64,000 bases of DNA, taken from the IMG/VR virus record IMGVR_UViG_3300023174_000040, positions 248,001-312,000 of that record, one strand, 5' to 3'. The notes under the pieces are model-generated. The model worked only from the letters and a program-made list of their open reading frames with translations. It was not told the origin of the DNA and made no database searches. Every line of letters starts with the position of its first letter. Position 1 is the first letter of the stretch. A program made the position numbers and the translations under genes. This document shows, piece after piece, positions 41,323-50,565 of this stretch.

Positions 41323-42012
41323 ATGTCAAAAGATCAAATGCTATTCGTAGATAGCTGCATGGGTGGTGGGTTCAACATGGACCTAAACGAAAGTGTCACA
41401 GATAAAGGGTTAACCAGATTCCGTGGCAAGTTCCAAGAAGCTGAAGCTATTAATAAAAACAAAAGAATATATCCTTTTGAAGTTCTCAGTGAGAACGTCA
41501 AAAAACTTAACGAATGTGTAAAGCACAGAGGTTTAATTGGTGAGTTAGATCACCCAACCGACAGCATTATACATTTTGAAAAGGCTAGCCATGTCATCAC
41601 CAAGCTTTGGTGGGACGGCAATGTCCTCATGGGCGAAGGCGAAATACTCAACACACCTCACGGAAAAATACTGAGAAGTCTTTTGAACGACGGTGTTAGA
41701 GTTGGCATTAGCAGCAGAGGCGTTGGTAATGGAAAAGTAAATGAAAATGGAGTATTAGTTATCGGTGAAAGTTATAAACTTATAACATTCGACGCAGTAG
41801 CTGATCCTAGCACTTTCGCAGCTTTTCAAGAGAAGGTTACTGATAAGAAGGATAAGAAAGAAAGTGTAGAAATTTCTTCTGCGGTGGAAGAAATTCCTGC
41901 AAAAAATGAAAGCAGCAGCATATATACTGTTAATAAAGAAGCGTTAATTGCTTGTTTAGGAACAATAATCGAAAATTCAACCAATTCATTAAAGCGAGGT
42001 TTAGGCTCATGA
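41323..42012 (+). CDS. gp21: Prohead core protease (T4 gp21-like)
   Basis: NKNKRIYP, IGELDHP, VGISSRGVG, ITFDAVADPS. Confidence 0.92.
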   Translation: MSKDQMLFVDSCMGGGFNMDLNESVTDKGLTRFRGKFQEAEAINKNKRIYPFEVLSENVKKLNECVKHRGLIGELDHPTDSIIHFEKASHVITKLWWDGNVLMGEGEILNTPHGKILRSLLNDGVRVGISSRGVGNGKVNENGVLVIGESYKLITFDAVADPSTFAAFQEKVTDKKDKKESVEISSAVEEIPAKNESSSIYTVNKEALIACLGTIIENSTNSLKRGLGS

Positions 42013-42905
42013 ACAAAATTAAAGAAGCACTAGAAAAACTCTTACCTGCTGATCAGATTCAAGAGGTAAGCTCAGCAGTCGAAGAAATGTTAAAGGATGC
42101 AAAGTCAGAACTAGAGACTGAATTTAATTCCAAATTGGAGGAGGCCTACGCCGAAGTTTCCAATGAACTAAAGTCAGCTGAAAAGACAGCAGAAGAAGGT
42201 TATACCGAAGCTTATGCTATCATCTCTGAACTCAGAAATCGTCTTGAAGTTCAAGGTGAAGAGTATGAAGCAGCTCTCGAAGAGGGCTACGAAGAAGCTT
42301 ATGAAATGCTCAAAGAGGAGAGAAGCAAGAATGGTAGTCTTGAAGTTTCCCTCTATGAAGAATACGACAAGAAGCTTGCCGAGATGAAAGAGTACATCGT
42401 TGACAAAGTAGATCAATTTCTACAGTTCAAGGGTGCCGAAATCTATGAACAAGCCAAGAAGGATGTCCTTGCTGATCCAAGAACTGTCGAGCACAGGAAT
42501 GCTTTCGACAAGATTGTTGATATCACAAGTGAATATCTAAGTGACGAAGATTATGCAAGTGTCAGTTCTGCTAAGGTTGATGAAGCCAAGAAGCAGATTG
42601 ATGATCTCAAGGGCCAAATCAAGCTATTAGAGGCCAGAAGCATAAGACTATCGACAGAGAACACAAAACTAACCGAGGCTGTTCGCCACGCACAAACAGT
42701 TGTGACCGAACAAGTCAAGGCTGTAGAGAATGAAAAACAGGTAAAAACTGTTAATGAAATGAAAGAAAGAGCTGAAAAGAGCAAGAATGTAATGGGGAGA
42801 GGACAAGTAGTCGCTGGTGAAGCTGTTATTGCGGAAAATAACGGTACTCAACACGACTTTAACGATTTGCACATTTTAGCTGGTATTAAAAAGATCGAAG
42901 ACTGA
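42009..42905 (+). CDS. Prohead scaffolding protein (gp22-like)
   Basis: Long acidic coiled coil between protease and capsid; ends LAGIK. Confidence 0.75.
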   Translation: MNKIKEALEKLLPADQIQEVSSAVEEMLKDAKSELETEFNSKLEEAYAEVSNELKSAEKTAEEGYTEAYAIISELRNRLEVQGEEYEAALEEGYEEAYEMLKEERSKNGSLEVSLYEEYDKKLAEMKEYIVDKVDQFLQFKGAEIYEQAKKDVLADPRTVEHRNAFDKIVDITSEYLSDEDYASVSSAKVDEAKKQIDDLKGQIKLLEARSIRLSTENTKLTEAVRHAQTVVTEQVKAVENEKQVKTVNEMKERAEKSKNVMGRGQVVAGEAVIAENNGTQHDFNDLHILAGIKKIED

Positions 42906-42949
42906 ACGGATTCTACTGGCTAATCAATTTTTAAAAGAAAGTAAGAAAA

Positions 42950-44374
42950 ATGAATATTAATGCTAAATTTCTCAACGAAGCGAAGGAGTTAGAAGGTCGT
43001 TGGAAGAAAACCGGCTTGTTGGAGGGCATCGAAGATCGTTACGTCCGATCCACCACAGCTGTTCTTCTCGAGAACCAGAGACTCATCAATGAAGTTTCAA
43101 CCGACACAGGTGATGTTGCTCAATTCAAAAGAATCAGCATCCCACTTGTTCGCAGAGTTTACCCACAGTTGATTGCAAACAAGATCGTCTCGGTCCAGCC
43201 ATTGCTCGGACCAACCGGTCTAGTTTACTATCTCCGTTTTAGATATGGCAGCAACAAGGGTGCTGTCCGTGGAGCCGCTAAGGGCGGATTCCCAGGTGAT
43301 GACGTTAACTCACTACAGCAGTTAGCCGATGGTACAGCCAATCTCGACGTTTTCTACTCTCATCAGTTCGTTCAGAACGAGAGCCATGCTGACGCCGGTG
43401 GCACAACCACAAGTTTCACTGTTGAGCACATTCCAGTTATCGCTGGCACAATGACCGGTACAGTTTATGACGGCAACACAGTTGTCAATACTTTCGTTGT
43501 TTCAGCTGGCGGCACAATGAGTGTCACCGACGTTGGATCACCAAATCCAAAGGTAACAAGTGGTACACTTGATCCTTCAACTGGTGTCGTTAGTCTAACC
43601 TGGAACAGTGATCCAAGTGCCAACACCGTAGTTGTATCATATGAGTACAACATGGAAGGCAACAAGGATATGCCCGAGATCAATCTAGCCATCGAGAGCG
43701 AAGAGATTGCAGCCAAGACTCGTAAACTGAAGGCAGTTTGGAGCTATGAGGCTCAGCAAGATCTACGTTCACAGCACAACCTCGACGCCGAGGCTGAGCT
43801 AACTGCCGTTCTTGCTCAGGAAATCAATCTAGAAATCGACCGTGAAGTTCTAGGTGACCTCCGCAATAACGCCGGTACCGTCAGTGCTTGGGACTATAGC
43901 ACCGCCCTCGGTGATACAGTCAAGGAACGCTACGAGAGTCTATACGTTAAGGTTGTTGAAGTCAGCAACGTAATTCATCGTAAGACACTACGTGGTGGTG
44001 CCAATTGGTTAGTAACAAGTCCAGAAGTTGCTTCAGTATTCGAAACAGCCACAGCCGGTTTCGCTCCAGCTCCTTCAGAGACTTTCACTAGCTCACTCGG
44101 CATCCAGTATGTCGGAACTGTGAACAATCGTTGGAGACTCTACAAGGACCCACTGTTCCCAACAGGTCAAATCCTAATGGGATATAAGGGCGACAGCTAC
44201 ATGGACAGCGGATACTTCTACTGCCCATACGTGCCACTCACCCAGACTCCAGTAGTCCTTGATCCAGATTCCTTCACACCACGTAAGGGTCTGTTAACAA
44301 GGTATGGGAAGAAGTTGCTTAGAGAGGGAGCAAAGTTTTATGCCCGCCTCAACATAGCCAATTTTATCGTGTAA
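42950..44374 (+). CDS. gp23: Major capsid protein (T4 gp23-like)
   Basis: IPLVRRVYPQLIA...VQP, KTRKLKAVWSYEAQQDL, EINLEIDREV, YCPYVPL, TRYG. Confidence 0.97.
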   Translation: MNINAKFLNEAKELEGRWKKTGLLEGIEDRYVRSTTAVLLENQRLINEVSTDTGDVAQFKRISIPLVRRVYPQLIANKIVSVQPLLGPTGLVYYLRFRYGSNKGAVRGAAKGGFPGDDVNSLQQLADGTANLDVFYSHQFVQNESHADAGGTTTSFTVEHIPVIAGTMTGTVYDGNTVVNTFVVSAGGTMSVTDVGSPNPKVTSGTLDPSTGVVSLTWNSDPSANTVVVSYEYNMEGNKDMPEINLAIESEEIAAKTRKLKAVWSYEAQQDLRSQHNLDAEAELTAVLAQEINLEIDREVLGDLRNNAGTVSAWDYSTALGDTVKERYESLYVKVVEVSNVIHRKTLRGGANWLVTSPEVASVFETATAGFAPAPSETFTSSLGIQYVGTVNNRWRLYKDPLFPTGQILMGYKGDSYMDSGYFYCPYVPLTQTPVVLDPDSFTPRKGLLTRYGKKLLREGAKFYARLNIANFIV

Positions 44375-44400
44375 TTTTACACCATAATTTGCAAAACAAG

Positions 44401-44433
44401 AACCCTGTGGTCGAAAGATCACAGGGTTTTTTT
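44401..44433 (+). terminator. Intrinsic terminator after capsid gene
   Basis: AACCCTGTGGTC-GAAA-GATCACAGGGTT followed by T run. Confidence 0.9.
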
Positions 44434-44460
44434 ATTTTTAGAGACTAGAGCAAAATTCTA

Positions 44461-44489
44461 TTGCGTGTAATTTTATTTAATGATACTAT
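44461..44489 (+). promoter_or_regulatory. Sigma70-like promoter for the endonuclease cassette
   Basis: TTGCGT-17 nt-TACTAT with TGn extension; AGGAG RBS downstream. Confidence 0.55.
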
Positions 44490-44508
44490 ACTGATATAGG
44501 AGAACAGC

Positions 44509-44874
44509 ATGTATCAAATTAAATGTCCTGACTGTGGCGAGGAAAGAACTGTGAAGGCTAAAAAGAAATGGATGAAGAATGAGCCTCCATTTTTAAAGAT
44601 ATGTAAAAGTTGTTGCCAGATAGGTAAAGAAAAAACTCCAGAGTGTCGTGCAAAACTTTCTGAGGCTGTAAAAGCCATTCAAACAGAAGATGTCATTAAT
44701 AAAAAGAGTCAATTTATGAGAGATCATCCTGAAATCTGGGAGAATAATCTTATTTTTGGATACTCAGCAGGATGGAATAAAGGCCTAAAGATGCCGAAAT
44801 CATCAGAAGACAAAAAACAAAAAATATCAGAGTCGATGAAAAACACACTCGAAGAGAAAAAGAAAAACAAATGA
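44509..44874 (+). CDS. Zn-ribbon/NUMOD3-like DNA-binding protein
   Basis: CPDC, CKSC, GWNKG...KQKISESMK. Confidence 0.65.
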   Translation: MYQIKCPDCGEERTVKAKKKWMKNEPPFLKICKSCCQIGKEKTPECRAKLSEAVKAIQTEDVINKKSQFMRDHPEIWENNLIFGYSAGWNKGLKMPKSSEDKKQKISESMKNTLEEKKKNK

Positions 44875-46004
44875 ATATCGAAGAATTTGAAATTAAATAC
44901 GGAGAATATGGCTTTAGAGACAAAATCTCTATATTTTGCAGCACTGAAGGCTGTGAAAATCATATGTTAACAAATAAAGACTCGGCTGTCAGAAATATAA
45001 AAAAGCATGGAACATTCAAGTGCAGAACTTGTTGTTACACAGAGGACGGAAAAAAAAGAATATCAGAGTCTACATCTTATAAACGTTCGCCAGAAACATG
45101 CAGAAAAATGGCAGAAGCAAAAATAGCTTTTTATCTTACCGAGGAAGGAAAGAAACTTAAGAAGAAACTCTCTGTGCTGACGGCGGAAAACCATTCAGTA
45201 CATAAATATGATAAGTCCAAAAGAAGAGGAGTGTTTGAATCTAAAAAAACGGGCAGGAAACTTTCCTATGATTCTTCATATGAGCTCAGGCTTTGCTGGC
45301 TCTTGGACTCCGATGAGACAGTATTAGATTTTGAAACTCAACTAGGATTTCAAATAAACGGAAGAGGTAGATGTTTAGATTGTCTCGTGACTTACAAAAG
45401 TGGTAGGAAAAAAGTAATTGAAATGAAGCCTAAACAAAGAATAGATGAGTTTAAAAATCAAATAGAAGATACCAAAGAATATGCTAATCAAAATAATTGG
45501 GACTTTCAATTAATGACAGAAGACGATTTAGGAATGAACTATAAGCAGATTAGATTATGGGCAGATGATTATAGAACAGAGAATACCGGAATTGATTATC
45601 ATGAATATAGAAAAGAAAATAATAGAAAAAAAGCCAAAAAACACTATCACGAAAAAATAGCTTTAGATAAAGTTAATGTTTATTGTGAATATTGTAAAGA
45701 AAATCATTCTGTTTTAAAGAAAAGCCATGATAGTAATATAAAAAGAAACGGAAAATACATCTGCGAAAAAGAAGGTGGGCACATATCAGGAAGTAAGCCT
45801 AAACCACATTTGATTAAAGAAAATCCTTATGCAAAGGAAGGCAAAAAGCAATGTAAAAAGTGCAACGAAATTAAATTTTTTGAACTTTTTAATAAAGATA
45901 AGTCGAGAAGAGATGGATATAGAGAGTATTGCAAAGATTGCGAATCAATTAAACAAAAAGAAAAGTATAAGAAATCTAGGTCAGAGAAACCTACCGCTGA
46001 TTAA
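44871..46004 (+). mobile_element. TnsA-N-type PD-(D/E)XK endonuclease with Zn fingers; probable free-standing homing endonuclease
   Basis: YDSSYE, DCLVTY, VIEMKPK, W.FQLMTEDDL; C-terminal CKKC...CKDC. Confidence 0.75.
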
Positions 46005-46103
46005 AAATCAAAAAACGGAATCGAAACCATCAAGTACATCGGACAAAATTGGTAGAAAAATAGTTTTCAAGCATATATAAATTATCTTATTTTAGGAGTT
46101 ATT

Positions 46104-46571
46104 ATGAAGAGTTTTAATGAATGGCTAAACGAGAACTATCCACAACAACAAGGTTTTGTAGCCACCAAACAACCAGCTCAAGGTGGATCCAATACTGATC
46201 CCCGATTAAAAGATGCATTTGTAAAGGCTATAGGCGAAAGCAGACAAAGATTAAAAGAACTGGAAAGAGTTGTAGGTTCAAGTCAAAATCAAGCTAAACC
46301 AGATGTTCTTTTAGATCATATAAAAAGAAACTTTAAAATGGTAGCAGAAGATTTAATGCCTTTTGATAGAAAGATTACTTTTGCAAATAACGTTGAATTT
46401 AGAATAATGAACTCTGCTCTTGGTACTATAGTTGGTGATTTAAGAAGCAATGTTGCACCACAGTGGGTAGTTAATGACGTTAAACAAGGCGCCTACAATA
46501 AAATTGTAGAATACATCACTGGCCTAGAGAGCGAATTAGCAAATTATTATAAATTATCTCAACAATCTTAA
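46104..46571 (+). CDS. Putative internal head protein (MKSFNEWLNE)
   Basis: Leader motif; AGGAG RBS; TATATA upstream. Confidence 0.6.
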   Translation: MKSFNEWLNENYPQQQGFVATKQPAQGGSNTDPRLKDAFVKAIGESRQRLKELERVVGSSQNQAKPDVLLDHIKRNFKMVAEDLMPFDRKITFANNVEFRIMNSALGTIVGDLRSNVAPQWVVNDVKQGAYNKIVEYITGLESELANYYKLSQQS

Positions 46572-46685
46572 GTTTATTGAAGGCATCCGGCGTAGCAAAA
46601 AATAGGGGATGGTGTCGAGATTGCCTTCTTCATCTGCGTTGGTGAAGAGTGGCGGCGATAGATCCACAGTGTAAATTATAATATT

Positions 46686-47087
46686 ATGAGCAAACAACCA
46701 ATGAATCTTGAGAATCTGCCTGGGTACCTGGACTCTCTTAGAAAAAGTGGAGGGACAGACGAAGATCTTGTTGTTGACATGGGAAGAATAGTGGACTCAC
46801 CAAAGTCTTCAGTAAATTGGTTTAATCCTCTCTTATTTGCACTCACTTTTTGTTTATTTTTAATTGTTGGCGTTTCATATAATAGTTCTTCAGAGAGTGT
46901 TATGGTTGTTTTAGACAACCCAGATAGTATCTCAGAAATGGTATCGGCCAGTGGAGGAACTGTTGTTAGTGTTAAACAAAACCCTGCTGGAGGCTATGAA
47001 GTTAAGATAGAAAAACTAAAGAATGTTAAGTCTTTTATTGAGAGTTTACGCAAAAACAAAGACGTTAAAAAGGTAGAGAAAATTTAA
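46686..47087 (+). CDS. Single-pass membrane protein with anti-sigma-like topology
   Basis: Central hydrophobic helix LLFALTFCLFLIVGV. Confidence 0.5.
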   Translation: MSKQPMNLENLPGYLDSLRKSGGTDEDLVVDMGRIVDSPKSSVNWFNPLLFALTFCLFLIVGVSYNSSSESVMVVLDNPDSISEMVSASGGTVVSVKQNPAGGYEVKIEKLKNVKSFIESLRKNKDVKKVEKI

Positions 47088-47108
47088 TTATCTACTAATT
47101 TAGTTCGT

Positions 47109-47179
47109 GCGGGATTGACATAACGGCCGTGTGCAAGCCTTCCAAGCTTGAAAAACGAGTTCGACTCTCGTATCCCGCT
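47109..47179 (+). tRNA. trnG: tRNA-Gly(TCC), CCA not encoded
   Basis: Acceptor GCGGGAT/ATCCCGC, D arm ACAT/GTGT, anticodon arm CAAGC-CTTCCAA-GCTTG, T arm ACGAG-TTCGACT-CTCGT. Confidence 0.93.
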
Positions 47180-47373
47180 TTTCACTTTTAGGAATTTCCA
47201 TATAAATCAAAGCAGCAAGGAATGCGGTGGCTTTCATGACCTTATAAGCCTTATACAAAACAGCGACTATAGATAAAATCTTTATTTTAGCACCTTTGTT
47301 TCTGGCACGCTCTTCGTTTAAAAAATCTAAAAAATCTCTCATATTTGCTTTGTTAAATTACACTTCTAGCCAT

Positions 47374-47838
47374 TTACGCATGAGTTGGAGTTGGTGTTGG
47401 AGTACTACGAGTTGGAGTTGGAGTAACTGTGCGAGTTGGAGTTGGAGTAACTGTGCGAGTTGGTGTTGGTGTTGGTGTTGGTGCCATGCAAACCCCGCTT
47501 ACGCAGGTATATCCTGCTGGACAAGCGTTTCCACAACTTCCGCAATTACTTTCATCGTTTGTTAAATTAACGCAAACACTATCACAGAGGGTTTCCGAGT
47601 TAGAACAATCTCCTCTTGCTTCAACAAATTCACTTGGAATAATTTGGGCTAAGTATTCTCCTCCATCAGATACCGTTATTACTTCTCCATCTTTTTTGGA
47701 AACAATCTTTTTTCCATCATAATCAACCATATTTAAAGTTCTCTGAATACTGTTTCCGTTTAATATAGCTGTATCTAATCCGCCTTCCGAGGCTAGGTTT
47801 TTGAGTAATGGGCTGAGTTCTAAATTTGAGTCTGACAT
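47374..47838 (-). CDS. Protein with STIG1/myxobacterial-type Cys-rich motif and Pro/Thr tail
   Basis: CDSVCVNLTNDESNCGSCGNACPAGYTCVSGVC then PTPT repeats. Confidence 0.7.
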   Translation of the reverse strand: MSDSNLELSPLLKNLASEGGLDTAILNGNSIQRTLNMVDYDGKKIVSKKDGEVITVSDGGEYLAQIIPSEFVEARGDCSNSETLCDSVCVNLTNDESNCGSCGNACPAGYTCVSGVCMAPTPTPTPTRTVTPTPTRTVTPTPTRSTPTPTPTHA

Positions 47839-47899
47839 GTTTGTTATTCCTTTATGTTTGTTGGTATGACTTATATAGTATTGTTTATAAAATAATTGA

Positions 47900-50233
47900 T
47901 CAGGGAGCCACTGTTGTGGTTGTGGGAGCCACTGTTGTTGTTGGGGCCGTCGTGGTGGTTGTCACCGGTGCAGCAGACACAACCTTTGAAGGATACGAAT
48001 AAAGCATCTGTGAACAGACCGTTGATGCAGGAATCCATGCTCCCTTCTTTGATGATCCGCTTAGTACTCCTGCTTTTAACTTAGTACCTGGATCAATGAA
48101 CTTCCAAGTCGAACATCCACAAGAATTTAAAGTGGATCCTATTTTTAAATCTTTATTATGCTTCAAACATCTTATATTAGTGTTACAAATAGTGCTACCA
48201 CAAGATTTAGGTTCTTCCGCTACAATAATAAAAGGCTCAGTTATGGTATCTAAGAATTTTTGTGCTACATCCCCCATTTCAGATGTCATCATCTGACTTC
48301 CGTCGAGTTTAGACATTATTATAGAATATATTTCTTTTCTGTCGCCTATTCCATCAATTGCATGATCGTCATAATTTGTTGATTCGTCATAAAGATGAGT
48401 AATTCCATCGCTGTTGCCTGGAACGATTATTAAATGAGTGGGCGCTACTTCCTCTTGTGCTGCTTCTACGGTCTTAGCAAACACAGTGTAATCATTCGAT
48501 CCAGATATTATTGATAAAACAGCCACTGAATAACTAGTTCCTCCGTCTGCGCCAATATCTCCAGTTATACTAAATTGAGTAATGTCTATATTTGTAGCCA
48601 CTAAAACAAACATACCAGGATACATGGAAGTGAAATATTGACTTCCTTCTCCGAAATAATCTGTTCCGTCTTCTATTGTGCTGTCGAAATATATTGGTGA
48701 ATAAATATTCTTTGAAGCACCTCCTGCTGCCCATTGAGGACCAAAAGAAACTTCATTGGGCATCTGGGTGTGGGTGGAAGGAATGGAAAGATCATAATCT
48801 ACTTCATCTTCTTTAATATCATCATAGATTTGAGTTAGATTGGTATTAAAGAAATTACCGCCATCATACATATCAAATCCGCCATCATCAATACCGGTTA
48901 CTAATGGCATATATTCGGATCCAAAGGATCCTGGGGCTCCTGATGAATTTAATTTAACATAGTATCTTTTTGGTTTAATAAAATATCCACCAATCCATAT
49001 ATCGCCAGAAGATACTTGATATATATCATTTACTGATGGGTAGTATGAATTATTATCTATTTGATTACTAGATCGATTATTTCCATAGAAATCATTTGCT
49101 CCACCAAAAGAACTGTCTAGTGATCCATCTGAATTAATTTTACAGATGTTATTTCTAACTGATGGTGTGTCTCCGGGATATCCGAAAGCATTGAAATTAC
49201 CACCAACAATCATTTTTCCATCATCTAAAAGTTCAATCTTTGTTATATAGGGAGGATAGAAATTTTCCTCACCATAATATCCAGCTGGGATGTAGTAAGC
49301 AATTCCAGGATTTTGTGCTCCTTGTGCGTCTAAACCAAAAGATGTATCTATATAGCCATTTTCATTTATTCTACATATGCTATATAGTGTTGTGGTTATT
49401 CCAGTATCTGAGATTACACTAAAATTTCCGCCCACTATTATCTTATTATCATCTTGAACCGCAACTGTTTTCAAGAAACTCTCGTTATTGAAAGCGGGGG
49501 GAATAAACGTATCATCTTCAATCCATGTTGAAGTTCCACTATCATATACATATCTGATAATATGTTTATCTTCTAAATTATATCCTACTGCAATTAATCT
49601 TTCCTCAGAGTCTATTGCAACATCATATACTGCGTCAAAGTTAGAGTTTGCTTCTATCGGGACTTGAGTTCCATCATCATTTAGGATCATAATTCTAGAA
49701 GTGAACCGGCCAGCCACTACCGAAGTATTGTCACTTAAGGCTAGAATTTTATTCACAACTCCATCTATTGCGCCATTTAATGTAGAATCAAAACTGGCGT
49801 CAAAGACACCATTTGAATCAAATTTGGCAATATAGTGTGAAGTTTGTGTTGTAATAGATCCGTCTACAGAATGATTGTAGAACCAACCACCTAATAATAT
49901 TTTTCCATTAGGTTGGACGGCAACAGTGTAGATAGAATCACTAAATCTTATGGCGGGAAATGTTTCATCTCGGACACCGTTTTGGCTTATTTTCAATACC
50001 TCTGAGTAGCAACATTCCCAGTTAGCATCTGGTATTCCGTCTACAAACCCTTCTCCGGCCAAAAGCATATCTCCATCATCATGCTGGGTAATGCTATTCA
50101 CTCTACTAGTGTTACATTGACAACTTATGTAGTTTTCAACTTCATCTGTGAAATAATTCAGATCCGGTGCCATTGCAGTTATTTCTGCGTGATCAGAATT
50201 TAGCCTATCTAGTGCGTTCTGTATGTTCAACAT
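47900..50233 (-). CDS. Delta-60-repeat beta-propeller protein with Thr-rich tail
   Basis: IYTVAVQPNGKILLGGWF, VAVQDDNKIIVGGNF, INSDGSLDSSF repeats. Confidence 0.75.
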   Translation of the reverse strand: MLNIQNALDRLNSDHAEITAMAPDLNYFTDEVENYISCQCNTSRVNSITQHDDGDMLLAGEGFVDGIPDANWECCYSEVLKISQNGVRDETFPAIRFSDSIYTVAVQPNGKILLGGWFYNHSVDGSITTQTSHYIAKFDSNGVFDASFDSTLNGAIDGVVNKILALSDNTSVVAGRFTSRIMILNDDGTQVPIEANSNFDAVYDVAIDSEERLIAVGYNLEDKHIIRYVYDSGTSTWIEDDTFIPPAFNNESFLKTVAVQDDNKIIVGGNFSVISDTGITTTLYSICRINENGYIDTSFGLDAQGAQNPGIAYYIPAGYYGEENFYPPYITKIELLDDGKMIVGGNFNAFGYPGDTPSVRNNICKINSDGSLDSSFGGANDFYGNNRSSNQIDNNSYYPSVNDIYQVSSGDIWIGGYFIKPKRYYVKLNSSGAPGSFGSEYMPLVTGIDDGGFDMYDGGNFFNTNLTQIYDDIKEDEVDYDLSIPSTHTQMPNEVSFGPQWAAGGASKNIYSPIYFDSTIEDGTDYFGEGSQYFTSMYPGMFVLVATNIDITQFSITGDIGADGGTSYSVAVLSIISGSNDYTVFAKTVEAAQEEVAPTHLIIVPGNSDGITHLYDESTNYDDHAIDGIGDRKEIYSIIMSKLDGSQMMTSEMGDVAQKFLDTITEPFIIVAEEPKSCGSTICNTNIRCLKHNKDLKIGSTLNSCGCSTWKFIDPGTKLKAGVLSGSSKKGAWIPASTVCSQMLYSYPSKVVSAAPVTTTTTAPTTTVAPTTTTVAP

Positions 50234-50287
50234 ATTGCTCCTTTGTGTATAAATTTATATATTATACAATATGTTGAATTTTAAGTT

Positions 50288-50500
50288 TTATTCATCTTTT
50301 TTAAGGGTAAGACTTCCCGAAGAAAAGAACATCTCATATATTCTTGAACAACACCTTTGTGGTGTCCATTTTAAACTATAGCAATTTTTTATTAATGATT
50401 TTATATCTTTATTGATATCTAATACATCGCCCATTGGAGTATATGGATATTCCAAGTTCCAATATTTTAAAACACTTCTTATGTAAAAATACTCTTCCAC
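50288..50500 (-). CDS. Small hypothetical protein
   Basis: 70 aa ORF between the RNA terminator and the delta-60 gene. Confidence 0.4.
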   Translation of the reverse strand: MEEYFYIRSVLKYWNLEYPYTPMGDVLDINKDIKSLIKNCYSLKWTPQRCCSRIYEMFFSSGSLTLKKDE

Positions 50501-50523
50501 AAACTAAAATAGTAAAATTAAAT

Positions 50524-50565
50524 AAAAAAAGCCGGTTGAAACCATTTCTAGTTTCAACCGGCTTT
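50524..50565 (-). terminator. Strong intrinsic terminator closing the large RNA
   Basis: 15-bp stem AAAGCCGGTTGAAAC/GTTTCAACCGGCTTT with U-run on minus strand. Confidence 0.9.

Noticed and set aside
44871-46004. Tn7-like transposon
   Set aside because: No TnsB/TnsC/TniQ or terminal repeats; only the TnsA-N nuclease fold
46604-46625. Fluoride riboswitch (GGGGATGGTGTC resembles its 5' motif)
   Set aside because: Complementary CC and downstream CUGAUG elements are missing
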